From: Azolla caroliniana
Taxonomy: Eukaryota > Plantae > Polypodiophyta
DNA: 64,000 nucleotides
Direction of reading: 5' to 3'
Assembly (NCBI GenBank): GCA_043228905.1
Contig: JBHGNT010000008.1
Location: 19,406,001 to 19,470,000 of the forward strand
Shown in pieces: positions 50,152-63,575 of this stretch; position 1 is the stretch's first letter; every line of letters begins with the position of its first letter. Both the position numbers and the translations under genes were made by a program. Under the pieces are notes generated by a model. The model was not told where the DNA came from and made no database searches. It was given only the letters and a program-made list of their open reading frames with translations.

Positions 50152-53100
50152 CCGATGGTTCCGCTTCATTTCGCGAACACGCGAGGATTTCCTCGACAGC
50201 ACATAATGACGCTAACTCATCAATATGCCTTCGGGGGAACGGATCATTTCGATCCCGAGGAAGTAATGAAGGTCGCCAAGATCCTTCATTTCAAACGATG
50301 CCGCAAGCTGAGACTTTACACGGCCGATTTCTTCCAGGTCGGCACTGGCGATGACAAAATCATCAACATAAAGTAAAAGACAAACCGGTCCATGTCGACC
50401 TTGCCGAACAAACAATCAGGAGTCCAACTTTGATGCCGTAAACCCCATTCTACACAATCGTTGTGTAATCTTGGCGTTCCAAGCTCGCGGGGCTTGCTTA
50501 AGTCCGTATAACGCCTTCTTCAATCGGCAGACTACCGAAGTGTTCTATTCGGATAGAAATCCAGGGGGTTGTATCATGTACACTTGTTCCTCAAGATCAC
50601 CTTGCAGGAATGCATTCTTTACATCCATCTAATGTAGATGCCACCCCTTCGTCGCCACTATGGCTAGCAGAACTCGCACAGTAGTCATCTTCGCAACTGG
50701 GACGAAGGTCTGATCGTAATCTACGTTGTGCTTTTGTGCGTAGCCTTTCGCAACTAAACGGGCCTTATATCGTTTGACCGAGCCGTTGGTGTTGTATTTC
50801 ACCTTAAACACCCATCTACATCCAATCGGCTTTACACCCTTCGGTGCGTCAACCAGGTCCCAAGTCTCATTGTCCATTAATGCGCGCATCTCTTCCTCCA
50901 TCGCGGCACGCCAATTTGCGTCTTTCGTCGCTTCTGTGTAGCTCTCCAGCTCACGCACTTCCGCCACTTGTGTCATGTACGGGTAATGGTGTTCCATGTA
51001 TTCATTGTACCCGTACCTCTTTACGGGGTTCTTCAAGCGGGTAGATCGACGTAATTCGTGATTACCCGATTTCATGGCCTTTTCGGCTGATTTCGACTTC
51101 TTCTGTGGAGATTCCTTTTCGATTGGTCCGAAATCGGATTCGCTTCGGTCTCACTCGTCACTGCCGAAATCATATTCTGACATTTTCTTCTTCCCTTTTT
51201 CTTTACGCGTAAATCGTCTCCTCGGTACTTTACACGGGGACAACACGGCCAAGTCTCCACTACTCGCCGGTTCTTCATTTGGTTGGCCATTTTGGCTCAA
51301 CCCCTCATTCAGCCCGCTTAGCCGAAATGAGATCGGACTCTCAATTAGAGCTATGATTTCCTCATCACGCGGAGGCAGCTCGACCTCACTGACCTCTTCT
51401 TCAGAATTTGGAATGGAGTCATCAGGGATTGGAGGCAAAGGCAAGTATTACGGAGTGGACTCGTCAAACACGACATCTCGGCTTACGCAAACTTCCTTCG
51501 TTCGGGGGTTATAGCACTTATACCCCTTTTGTTCGTCTGAATAGCCGACTAATATGCACTTTTAGGCTTTGGCATCCAGCTTCCTCCGTTTCTCCTTCAG
51601 TATATGCACATACGCAATGCTGCCGAAAATCCTCAAGTGTGCCAAGTTCGGCTTCTTGCTGTAATACAAATCATGTGGCAACACCCGTCCATTAGCAGAG
51701 GTCTGATTCTGCAAGAAAACAGCCTTCTTTACGGCTTCAGCCCAGTAAAACTTCGGCATATGCTTCTCTTCAATCATTGCCTTGGCTGCTTCTTCGATTG
51801 TCTGATTCTTCCGTTCAGCTACGTCGTTCTGCTCCGGCGTATATCTACACGAGAATTCGCGTCGAATTCCCTCCTTCTGTAGATAACTCGTGAAATGGTC
51901 GAAGAAGTACTCCTTCCCACCATCGGACCGTAGTTTCCCTTTCTGCAAGGCTCTTCACCTTCAGGAACCACGTGAAGACTTCCCTCTTTTTCGCGATCAA
52001 GCATGCCCAGGTATGCCGAGTTAAGTCATCGATGAAGGTTAAGAAGTAACGGCTTCCACTGAGACTCACGTTTTGTGTCGGTCCCCACACATCCGAATGG
52101 ATCAGATCCAACGGATTTCGACTACGATTATGCTCATTGGGGAATGGAAGTCGGTGTTGCTTCCCGAGTTGGCAGGCTTCGCAAACTTGGCCATTACGGC
52201 CCTGAAATTTCGGCAAAACCGAAAACAATGTTCTTCGTCTGCATTTCACCAAGTCGTGGGAAGTTAACATGGCTGAACGGCTTGTGCCACGGTCGATGTC
52301 TGACTCGACCTTCTATCCTCTAAAGAACAGCATGGCTCCAGCTTCATTGGTGTCGAGGATGAACATCCTCCCTTCACGGAGCCCTTGTGTGATAACTTGG
52401 CCTTCCTCTTCGATGTAGCACTCGAGGTGCGTGAATCGAACTTGGGATCCCTAGTCGACAATCTAACCGACCGACACCAAGTTCTTGGTTATTGTCGAGA
52501 CGTGCAAAACGTTTATAAGTTTCCCTTTCTGCCCGACGTGGCTGAGAGGAACTTCTCCGACATGTTCGATGGTATGCGGAGTGTCATCTCCCGTTTCGAC
52601 CACTCCTTGTTTTTCCGGTTTCTCCAAGTACGAGAACCATTCCTCATGACTCGTCATATGATTTGACACTTCGGCCCGATCCATTTCCGGCTCGTTCGGA
52701 GCCTTCGGCATAGTGTGATTTCTGACGCCTTCCTGCGTCTCTTCCGCTCGATTCGGCTTTATCCGAATCAGCTCTCTTCTTTCCACACTCACTCTCCCTA
52801 TGCCCTTTCTTGCCACAGTACCAGCATTCCGTTGCGGCCTTCTCTTGTCGGCTTCCGGTGCCGTCGTGACTCCCCCTGCTTCCAGAGGGTTTAGAATTGC
52901 TTCCGGCATTTCGATTATGCCGCACATTCTACTCTTTTTGGCTGCCTCCATTGCGCCCAATCCACCTCATCCGCCACGACTACGGGACCTATCTTCCTCC
53001 GTGTACAACATCTTGTTGTCGGTGTGTGTACTTGTTGACGCACCCGCGTGATTTTCCTCCACGAGCAACATCGACTGAAACTCGAAGAAAGGAGGCGTAA

Positions 53101-54144
53101 TCTCCCTTGTGCAGACCGCCGTTCGGAATGCTCCGAACTTTGATGTTAACCCTCCAAGACAAACCTACACCATTTCATCCTCCTCGATGTTCACGTTGAC
53201 GGAGGCGAGGGAATCGCAAATCTCCTTGATTCGGGGCGTGTAATCGGCCACAAACAGATCTTTCTGTCGGACATTGTTGAGCTCCTGTCTGAGCTGCAAC
53301 TTCCTGGACATTGTGCTAGTGGCAAAAATCCTCTTGATATTCGTCCACGCATCCTTTGGCATCTTAGCATCCCGAATCTAGCTCAAGAGCTAGTCGCTCA
53401 CATAGGACGCGAAGCAGTAAAGAACTCTGTTGGCCGCTTCTTCCCAAGCCGAAAAATCTTTGTGTGTCGATTTGGGTGCTGCATCATTACCTCCTTCGAC
53501 ATAGCTCCAGTAACCATGACCAAGCAGATGCCTTGTACAACCAAGATGCGTAGTTGCTCTTGTCGAGCATCTCCATCGGTAGCAAACTTCCCATTCCTCT
53601 GTCCATATTGTTGTCTTATCTTTTCCGAAAACAATAACATAACTATGTCTTTGTCGCAAGCTTTTTCTGTCGGCTGCAGAGGACTCTCAACCCTCGCGCT
53701 CTGATACCATGTAAAAGAGTACGTGTGCGGAAGTGTATGCGTAAGAGCACAGAGTACACAGTTCGGAAGTACGACAGTTCTGTAAAACACAGAAATCACA
53801 AAGAAGGAGAGGGAGAGAGGGAGAGAGAGAGAGAGAGTAGAAAATACAAAACTATATTCAAAAATAATTCTTTGTATGTTATCTGTACATACTTGTTGCT
53901 CAGTGAGCACCTTTTATACAAGCCCTGACTATCAGGCTGACACAAGTACTGACAGTACTTGACCGGTCATAAATGAGCCTTCTACATTAACTCCTAAAAC
54001 TATTCCTTACGAGGAATAACGTTCTAATGGACTTCCGGTTTAAACACCACAACGGCCATATTTTGCGTACGGTTTTACGCACCCAGTCTACGTACTAGGT
54101 TACGCAACCGTTTACGCACCCAATGTTGAGCTTGTCTCTCAACA
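50152..54144 (-). mobile_element. Truncated Ty1/Copia element (5' LTR, gag, integrase, part of RT)
   Basis: LTR 53710-54144, minus-strand PBS TGGTATCAGAGC at ~53698-53709. CWYCGKKGHRESEC, HSDVWGP, LRSDGGKEY, KARLVAKGY and LLYVDD. Cut by the LTR ending at 50151. Confidence 0.9.
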
Positions 54145-54158
54145 ATGATGAACGATGT

Positions 54159-54500
54159 GATCCCATCGTGGTCACCAAAAAGTGTTGTAGGTTTAGGGTT
54201 AGGGATAATACATTATTATGATGATTGATGATGAAGATAGACATGGTGTAATAGTGAAGATGATGAACAATATGATGGCGTGAGAGGGAAAGGTTCATCA
54301 TCATTACCATCATCATCATCGTAATCCTTAACCCTAAAACCATACAACACTATTTTGGCGACCACGATGGGATCCCATCGTGGTCGCCAAAAAGTGTTGT
54401 AGGTTTAAGGTTAGGGATAATATATTATTATGATGATTGATGATGAAGATAGACATGGTGTAATAGTGAAGATGATGAACAATATGATGGTGAGAGAGAT
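54159..54500. repeat. Tandem 212-bp MITE-like units forming a perfect 40-bp palindrome
   Basis: The unit has inverted ends containing TTTAGGG-like sequence. The junction 54353-54392 TTTTGGCGACCACGATGGGATCCCATCGTGGTCGCCAAAA is a perfect palindrome. Confidence 0.75.
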
Positions 54501-54971
54501 CATGGAGATGTTGACAAGCATTGAGGGGTGGGGGGTGGGGGGTGGTGCCTAGAATAGCTCCACCCCCCTCCCAAGGGGTTTCAACGTAAGGGAAGAGAGA
54601 AAGAGAGAGATTGAGAGAGAACTATTTCTTTCATGTTTCATTCATTCCCCATAAGGAGTTAAATAGTTACAAGAGGGGGTAGATACACAAGGGTGCAAGC
54701 CCCCTCGGACATTCACACCAATCACTCACTCACACCTCCTCGTATCCGTCCACATGCACACACATGTGCATGTGTACACATACGTAATTACTCACACTCA
54801 CAATTACACTTACACATTAACAACATTATAGCATTCGACCCTCTCTCATCACACTCTACTTCTCCCGTACATCCCGTACGGTAATAGTTTGTCGGCAACA
54901 ACATCAACTATTAGAGAAGAGGCAAACTAACTGAAGGAAAAGACCAAGACAAAAAATCTCACCTACACATC

Positions 54972-55292
54972 TGTTGTTCAGATATTCAAATGAATGTACG
55001 GGAGTATGTGTGAGGACCTATCTATCTATGCACAACAAACGACACAGATATGTAGCAATAGGAAGAAGAAGAAGAAAGACGATGGACACAGTTTGAGCTT
55101 CAATGGAAGTTCTCTATTATTCTATAACTCTCTCTCTACAAGACTCAAGATACAAGATGATCGATACTCCCTCACAGTTACAACGTTAGGTTAGAGAATA
55201 TATAGTCACACCCTAATTATCGGACGTGTTCACTCTTATGGATATGAGGTGGAAGGAGTCGGCCTTTTATGCCAACAAACTCCCTCGTAAAA
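54972..55292 (-). mobile_element. Copia family A 3' LTR with adjacent PPT remnant
   Basis: The minus strand begins TGTTGGCATAAAAGGCCGACTCC at 55277, preceded by the purine tract TTTTACGAGGGAGTT. Confidence 0.8.
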
Positions 55293-56358
55293 TGGAATTC
55301 ATGCATTCGCAATGCTTCCGAACACTTTGAGGTGTGAAAGGATCGGCTTCCTTCCAACAATGATCTCGTAAGGAGTTAGCTCATGTACTCCATTAGTGGT
55401 GCACAGATTCATGAGATAGACGGCCATGGATGCCGCTTCGGCCCAATAGAAATTCAGCATGTCCTTCTCATGCAACATGGCCCATGCTACCTCGAGTATA
55501 TGCCAGTTCTTCCTTTTGGCCATTTTGTTGGGGTGTGTGTCGGCATGAGAATTCTCTCTGGATGCCTTCACCTAGGAGGTAGGAGATAAATTTGTCGAAG
55601 AAGTACTCCTTGCCTTCATCTGATCGTAGGCATCGAATGTGCCAACCGGTTTTTTTTTTGACTTGGCTCTTGAGCTTTTGGAAGTGTGGGAGCACTTCAC
55701 TATTCTTCCTCATCGGGAAGATCCACGTGTAGTGTGAGTAGTTGTCGATGAAGGTGATGTAGTACCGACATCCTCCGATGGTCGGTGTTTGAGCCAATCC
55801 CCATACATCTAAGTGGATCACGTCAAGGAGGCATTTACTTACATAGCTCTCCTTCGTGAATGGGAGTCGATGTTGTTTGCCGAGTTGACATGCTTCACAC
55901 ACTCAGTCGACTCATTTCGACTCAAAGTCCGGAAGTCTAATGACGACTCCCTTTGATTGCGCATAGCTCGGAGTCGTTGGAGGTTGATGTGGCCAATTCA
56001 CTTGTGCCACAACTCGATGTTTGTCCCGGTTTTGGGACCTTTGTCATAGATGGCTGATTTTACCTCGTTCGAATCAAGAATGAACATTCGGTCTTCTTTT
56101 CTTCCTCTAGTTATGAGTCGGCAATTCTTTTCTATGAAGCATCCTTCCTTGTTGAAACGAACTTGCATTCCTTGCTCCATGATTTGGCTGATCGAGACCA
56201 AATTCTTTGTTATTGTCGATACATGCAAGACTTTTTTATGCAATTTTGTTCGCCTTCTTTCCCGAATGGGACATTGCCAATGTGCTGAATGGGATGTGTG
56301 TTGTCATCTCTCGTCTCTATATAGCTAGGTCGATCTAGCGTTCTTAAGTCACGGAACC

Positions 56359-59300
56359 TGTTGGCATAAAAGTTCGACTCCTTCGGATTTGTATCCTGGT
56401 GTGAACTTGTCCAAAAGAGTTAGGTCTTAGTATATAAGCAATAACCTAACATTGTAAAGAGTGACAACTTCTTGATCATCTTGTATAGCGATCTCAGAGA
56501 GAGAGAGAGAGTGCGAATGCAATAACAAAGGCTCCATTAAATCTTAAACAAAGTCTATCTTCTTACCTCGATTCTGTGTAGTTTGCTGAACACATACACC
56601 AAGTCCTCATATACACACACATACGTTTCCGCGCATATTTGAACAACAACTGGTATCAGAGTGACTTACAGTTCGGAAGCAACAAACAGCAGAAAAAGTT
56701 GAAAGGAAAAAGACCAGGTCAATAAAATCTCACTTTCAAAGAAGAACATGGCTTCAACATCCAGAACAGGAGTCAAAATCAAAAAACTTTGATGGCAAAA
56801 ACTTTGCCCTATGGAAGGAGATGATGCAAGACATGTTGATCATCAAAAGGCAAGTCAAAGCCATTCGACGCAATGAAAAACCTGTCTCGATGACAACCAA
56901 AGAGTGGACATCTACAGACAAAATCGCACGCTCCACCATCCAAATGCATCTGGCCGAAAACGTCTACTTCAGCATGGCAAAAGAGATGACAACATTCTCA
57001 TTGTGGGAGAAGCTACAAACCATTGTCGTGAAGATTTCCGGCTATAGTGTGAAACCGGGATGGAATGGGCAAGTCAGTGGTGTGCAACGTGTGCACATGT
57101 ATAGTAGGAAAAGGTGTATAGAATAAGGGGGAGTATTTATCCCACATTGTAATCATCCTCCCTCCTTGGGCTATAAAAGGAGGGGAGGGGTCCCTTGTTG
57201 AGGGTTGCCCATTTTGAGTCGTAAGGGTATACCATTTTGTCAAGGGTCTTTTTGCTTTCTAGGGTTAGTAACTTCTTGGGATTCTTCTTCTTCTTCTTCT
57301 CCATCTCGAGAAGTTGGGCGCCACAGCCATGGCGGCAAAGCTCTGTTAGGGTTAGTGTTCCTTTTCTTCTCCTTCTTCGTCGTTGTGCATGTTGAGGCCT
57401 CCTATCTGTTCTGAGCGTAGCCCAGCTTGAAGAAGGGTTTGTATCTACCTTTTTGTAAATATACATATATAAAAGGAAGTGAGAGTTTGAACCTCTACCT
57501 ATGTAGCATGTGACTTCACTTACTTTGTTCCCTGTACATACGAGAGGTGGTCTAAGTCGATGTTGTACGCTTATCCTCTCTCCTCTCTTGTCCTCGGTGG
57601 AACCCGGTACATGTCCGGAGTAGCCGGTTTGTACCACCACCAGTGCAGTTGGACTAGAGAGGGTTGGCTTCCCGGCCTCCATCTTTCCCTGGTCCGAGAC
57701 CCTCGTGGTTCCGCCCTTCTACACGCACGCTCGTAACAACGCGACACCGTGTACGAGAAAAGTCCTCATCTTCAAAACTGATTTTGATCAAACAACTGTT
57801 CAAAATGAAGATGAGAGAGATCGATCTGGCTACCTCCCACATCAACACCTTCAGTCAGGTGTGGTCAGAACTCTCCTCACAAGGGATCAACTTCGAAGAA
57901 GAAGTCAAAGCTCTTGCCCTCCTATCGAGCTTGCCAACAAGTTGGGAGGTATTCTCCACGACGTACACCAATAGTTGACCAATCCTAAACTTGAATGAGA
58001 TGATCAGCCAAGTCCTCACCGTGGACATTGGGCGAAAATGGATGGGACTCACCATCGACGAATCAGCAGAAGCCCACCACTCGACCGAGTCGGTTGAACG
58101 ATTGAGTCGATCAAGAGAACAAGCCGATAGAGTTAGTCGACACATAGTCGATCGAAAACGAGGGGAGACCGACAGCGGTCGAAGTCTGAAGTCGAGAACA
58201 GGCCGATCATGTGAATTCTGCACATGTTGCAGAAAAGTTGGCCACAATGTTTCCGACCACTAGTCGATCAAGAGGAAAGAGAGTGGTCGGCGATCCAAGC
58301 AGAATTGAGGACGACCCGACCCAGACCACTCTACAGTCGGCAGCCAAATCAACGTTGCGGACACCCGATCAGGAGAAGTTCTCTCTTTAGAGAATTCAAT
58401 GATCGAAGAAGTCCTCTACAGTGCACAAGATGCACACACGTGGTTACTGAATTCCAGTGCCACATTCCACGCGACTCCTAACATCTAATGGTTCTCAAAC
58501 TATTCGGCCGATGCCACTGGCACAGTTTGGCTAGGCAACGGGCAGGAGTGCCGAATCGCAGGGACCGGAGAGGTTCCCATCCAATTGCCCAATGGCAACA
58601 TCTAATTGCCCAAGTACGGCATGTACCTGATCTGAAAAGGAGTATGGTCTCCATCGGCATGTTAGCCGAAGATGGGACTTTAAGTGAGTCAATATGGATG
58701 ATCAGCCGAGGAAATCTCAAAATCGGGAACATGCACAAGTACAATAACTTGTACCCATTAATGGCAATCAATCCAAAAGCGGTTGTGAACGTAGCCGAAA
58801 AAACCGACCCAAACCTATGGCGTGGCCGACTCGGCCATATGTCTCAAGCCAGACTCGATAGGCTGACAACGGTCAGTTACATCCCTAAACTCCAAGCAAA
58901 GATGGACTTTTGTAATCATTGTTGATACGGGAAACAAACCGGAAGTCCACACTCTCTCCACTACGAGACAATACGACAACTCCTAGAGCTCGTGCACACA
59001 GATATATGTGGGCTCATGCCAAAGCGATCACTAGGAGGCTCCCGGTACTTCATCACTTTTGTAGATGACTGTACACGGAAGTTCTGGGCCTACTCCATCA
59101 GGTCCAAAGACAAAGTGCTCAAGGTCTTCACTGGATGGATATCCGAAGTGGAGAACCGATCGGGATACTGGGTGAAGACACTCTGATCCGACAATGGAGA
59201 TGAGTACACCTCCAGAGCCTTCAAACAATACATGTCTGACAAAGGGATCCGACATCAAAAGACCGTTTGTTACACACCCATGTAGAATGGAGTGGCACAA

Positions 59301-62258
59301 CAGATCAACCGAACGATCCAGGAGAGAGTGACGGCAATGCTCCAACAAGCTAGACTAAAGCTGGAGTTCTGGGCCGAAGCATTGTAGAAGGCAGTATATT
59401 TGATCAACTTATCATCGTCGAATGCAATCAAGCTCGAAGTGCCACAGGCACTATGGTCAGGCAAACAACCGACCTACGACAAGCTCCGTATATTCGAATG
59501 TGAAGCCTACACGTTCATCCCGAGGGAGAAAAGGACCAAGTTGGCACCCCATGCGACGAAGTGCATATTTCTTGGTTATGGAACCGACGGGGACTTCGAC
59601 TACAAGCTATGGAAACTGATCCGGAGCAGTGACGTAGTCTTCAATGAAGACTATATCTTCTCTCAAGGGAACCAGAAGAAAACAGTTGGTAAAAAGGTAT
59701 CCTTCGAAGACGACGGAGTTGTCGTAGAAGGACTGACACACCGGGCCAACTCAGAGACTCAACACACAGTCGAACTCGAACAAGCCAACAATGACTCCAA
59801 ATCGATAAGAGGTCCACTAGTCGAACTCAAAGACAAAGCCATCAAAGACAAAGCTAATTCGACAAGAGTCGAACAAGGCAAAGTTCACAAGATGCGAATC
59901 GGAAACAAAACCGAGTCGACAAAGTCCATAGGGGAGGACAACGTGACACCACCGATATCCCAACTTGGGGGTGGGTCATTTAACAAGACTCCTGACACAA
60001 ATGGTTCAACAAATATCGATCGACCAACAGAGCCGATCAAAGAATCTGAACCACTTATTTCAGCACTCAGGAGATCTAGCCAAGCTCGATGGCAGACAAA
60101 GTTCTATCAACCAGACCTCGACTATGTCCATTACACCGATGCAGGTGAACCAAGCACATATGAAGAAGTTATGGACGCACTGGATGCCAACACATGGTTA
60201 CAAGCCATGAAATCCAAAATGGACTCGATTCACAGGAATCAGACATGGGAGCTGGTCAAACTACCATCTAGGAGAAAGCCACTACTTTATAAATGGGTTT
60301 TCCACTACAAATATGTATCTGACACAAAGAAACCCAAGTACAAAGCTCGGCTTATTGCAAAAGGGTTTAAATAAGAACATGGGATCGACTACAACGAGAT
60401 ATTCTCACTAGTAGTCAAGATGACCACCCTTCGACTCCTACTAGGATTTGTAGCGACAAAAGACCCAGAGCTTGAGCAAATGGATGTGAAGACAACATTC
60501 CTACACGGAGATCTGGAAGAAGACATTTACATGTCTCAACCGACAGGCTTCACGGAGATGGGGGAGGAAAGTCACCTCGTATGCCACCTGAAGAAAAGTC
60601 TCTATGGCTTGAAACAAGCGCTAAGGATGTGGTACCAGAAGTTCAACTCCTACATCAAGCATCTTGGATATCACCGATCAGACTCTGACCCATGCATGTA
60701 CATTCGGCAATTGGTTGACGAGTCTAGGATTTATCTGATCCTATATGTCGACGACATGCTGATTGCAGGAGGTAATCAAGCAGACATCGGAAAGCTAAAG
60801 CGGAGCCTTCATGACAAGTTTGTGATGAAGGAACTCAGACAAGCCCGTCACATATTGGGCATGAGGATCGAGCAAAATCGGATGACCAAGATTCTCTGAC
60901 TCTCCCAGTCTGACTATATCCGAAAGGTGCTGAAGCGCTTCAACATGGAGAATGCGAAGCCAACACCAACACTGCTTCCGACGTAGATCCGACTATCGGA
61001 CAGAGACTCTCCTTGAACAGACAAGGAGAGAGAGCTTAATGGAAAGATGCCCTACGCATCGGGTGTTGGAAGTATCATGTACGCAATTGTGGCGACCCGA
61101 CCCGACCTAGCCTATGTCGTTGGGATGGTCACCCTATACATGTCTAATCCAGGGCGGAAGCATTGGGAGGCTGTCAAGCACATCTTTAGGTACCTGAGAG
61201 GGACCGAAGATACACAGCTGACTTTTGGTTTGACAACCTCAACCGAAATCAAAAGCTACACTGACTCTGACTATGACGACAATACGGAAAATTGGAAGTC
61301 AAAATCAGGCTATATTTTCACCTATGGTGGCGGTACTATATCATGGAGGTCGAAGCATCAAGAGTGCACGGCCCTATCGACCAAAGAGATTGAGTACATA
61401 GCAGCATCGGAGGCACCAAAGGAAGCGATCTGGCTGCACTGACTATCTACTGACTTCTGATCTACAAGCCAAATCGACCGACCAACACCATCTATTGTCA
61501 CTCACAAAGCGTTATACACCTCATCAACAATCCTATCTATCATGCAAAGACAAAGCATATTGAGGTGCGGTATCATCACATCCGGGAGCTCATAACAGAG
61601 AAGAAGCTCGAAGTCCGAAAGATCGACACTGAGGTTAACATCGTCGATTGCCTGACGAAGCCACTCCCAGGTCAACGCTTCGGAACAATAAGGACAAATA
61701 TGGGACTGCGACAAGTGACCAAGTAGAAGAAGGCCGAACAAGGAGCAGAAGGCAAGTCGAACTAATCGACTCAGACAAGTCAATCTTATTGACTAACCGA
61801 ACTAGGCTAGACATTGAACTCATCTCTACCGATTCGGCTATATGCCGACCGGCTTGTAACATAAATTTAGATTAGTTTTGTAATATAGGTTTACGGGGGA
61901 GATAACCCCAAACACTTGTATATGCAGAAAAGAGTAGTCCTTTTATGGGGGAGTTTGTTGGCATAAAAGGCCGACTCCTTCCAATTTGTATCCTGGTGTG
62001 AACTCGTCCAAAAGAGTTAGGACTTAGTATATAAGCAATAACCTAACATTGTAAAGAGTGAGAACTTCTTGATCATCTTGTATAGCGATCTCAGAGAGAG
62101 AGAGAGAGAACGAATGCAATAACAAAGACTCCATTAAAGCTTAAACCGTGTCTATCTTCTATTGTATCTTCTTACCTCCATTCTATGTAGTTTGTTGAGC
62201 ACATACGACAGGTCCTCATATAACACACACATACATTTCCACGCATATTTGAACAAAA
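56359..62258 (+). mobile_element. Two-LTR Ty1/Copia retrotransposon (family A, pseudogenised)
   Basis: LTRs 56359-56648 and 61956-62258, TSD GAACC, PBS TGGTATCAGAG at 56651, PPT ATGGGGGAG at ~61945. Gag, integrase (HTDICG, FITFVDDCTR), RT (QMDVKTTFLHG, LYVDDM) and RNase H (YTDSDY) with stops. Confidence 0.95.
57024..57746 (+). mobile_element. Solo LTR (TGTCGTG...CGCGACA) in the Copia gag
   Basis: Flanks CCAT/CCGT, TATA at ~57171, termini homologous to 37390-38073. Removal rejoins the gag region around LWEKLQT and SSSKLILIKQLF. Confidence 0.88.
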
Positions 62259-62749
62259 GAACCACTCTTGGTGTGACATCATATGATGTGAGGCACCGGA
62301 GTTGACAAACCACACGTCTTCCTAGTTGGAGGTGCTTGTGGAGTCGAAGGCCGACATAGTCACATAGACTTCACTCTACATCTCATTACTAATAGTCCAC
62401 CATAGTCGTCATATTCAGAGTTGGTGGCGTAGTTTGTGAGTTGTCGGTTTGTCAAAGCCGACTCACTTCTCTTTTTTCGGCACTCCTCTTCATGGTGGAT
62501 GATTTTTCCGCAATAGTTGCAAGTCGTGGGCCTCGTTTGCTTACCTTGTTCGGCATGGAAGCTCCCCTTTCTTCCGAAGGTTCCTCAATGGCTTCCGTCT
62601 TGTTGTCAAAGGTTTGAGTTCCCCTCGTGAGATGGGTCAAATCAACCTCTTCTACCACCATGAGCTCGTCCTCAGCCACCATCCAAATTCGAGAAGAACA
62701 TTTGTCAATTGTGAGGAATAGCGCTCGGTCACAAACCGAATTTCAATCA

Positions 62750-62930
62750 TTCAGTGGAAGAAACAAAAAATAGAAATAAGACGACACACAGTATTAATGT
62801 GGAAAACCCAGATCGGAAAAAACCACGGGAGCCCATAGACTCCAACTATCACTATGAGAGGAATACAAACATGAGAATCAAAGGCAACAACTTCGAGCTC
62901 TATCTCTTCGCCAACTGGCGGTTACAACAG

Positions 62931-62996
<66 letters not shown>
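62750..62996. mobile_element. Partial Copia-type LTR ending in a (CT)n tract
   Basis: Motif gtggaaaacccagatcggaaaaaaccacggg, also present in similar form at ~48125-48156. Confidence 0.5.
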
Positions 62997-62999
<3 letters not shown>

Positions 63000-63000
<1 letters not shown>

Positions 63001-63575
63001 CTATCAAAGATAAGTGTATGGGCTGAAAAAAGTGGTAAGAGAGCTTATGGACAAGCTAGCTTTCGGAAACACCATAGCACCATTGATCACCTTATCACCC
63101 TTCGAGTATTAATGGAGGAAAGTCACCTTAGAGGTAAAAGTTTATATTGTTGCTTTGTAGACTTCAAGAAAGCTTTTGATATGGTACCTCGTGAGCATCT
63201 TTGGAGGCGAATGGAAGAACTTGAGGTGCCAAGTGAATATATGCTTGCAATTTCCCGAATTTATGAGAAGGTTATATGTTGTGTGCGCATGAGAGATAAA
63301 CTTTCAGATTTTTTCAAAAGCACTATTAGTGTTAAGCAAGGATGCCCACTCTCACCAACACTATTTGTTCTATGCATTGATGAATTGGAAGAAATGGTTA
63401 CCAAGTTTGCAAAGGAAGAATGTGTTGATTCAGAAGTTGCCATTGGGAATGTTGTGATTATGCTTTTGCTATATGCAGATGATTTAGTGCTTTTTGCAAA
63501 TACTTTAGGAGATGCACAAAAGCTTATGAAGGCATTGGAAAAATTTTGCATGCATACTAAATTAAGTGTCAATAG
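63000..63575 (+). mobile_element. Non-LTR retrotransposon (LINE) reverse transcriptase fragment
   Basis: QASFRKHHSTIDH...CFVDFKKAFDMV...VKQGCPLSPTLF...LLLYADDLVL; truncated at ~63575. Confidence 0.9.

Larger units (their letters stand above)
55296..62705 (-). mobile_element. Copia fragment (gag knuckle, protease, integrase) interrupted by the 56359-62258 element
   Basis: 55296-56358 encodes CEACQLGKQHRLPF, YYITFIDNYS and CLRSDEGKEY. The protease VWFVNSGASHHMMSHQEWF/RDLR is split across the GAACC TSD. Confidence 0.88.
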
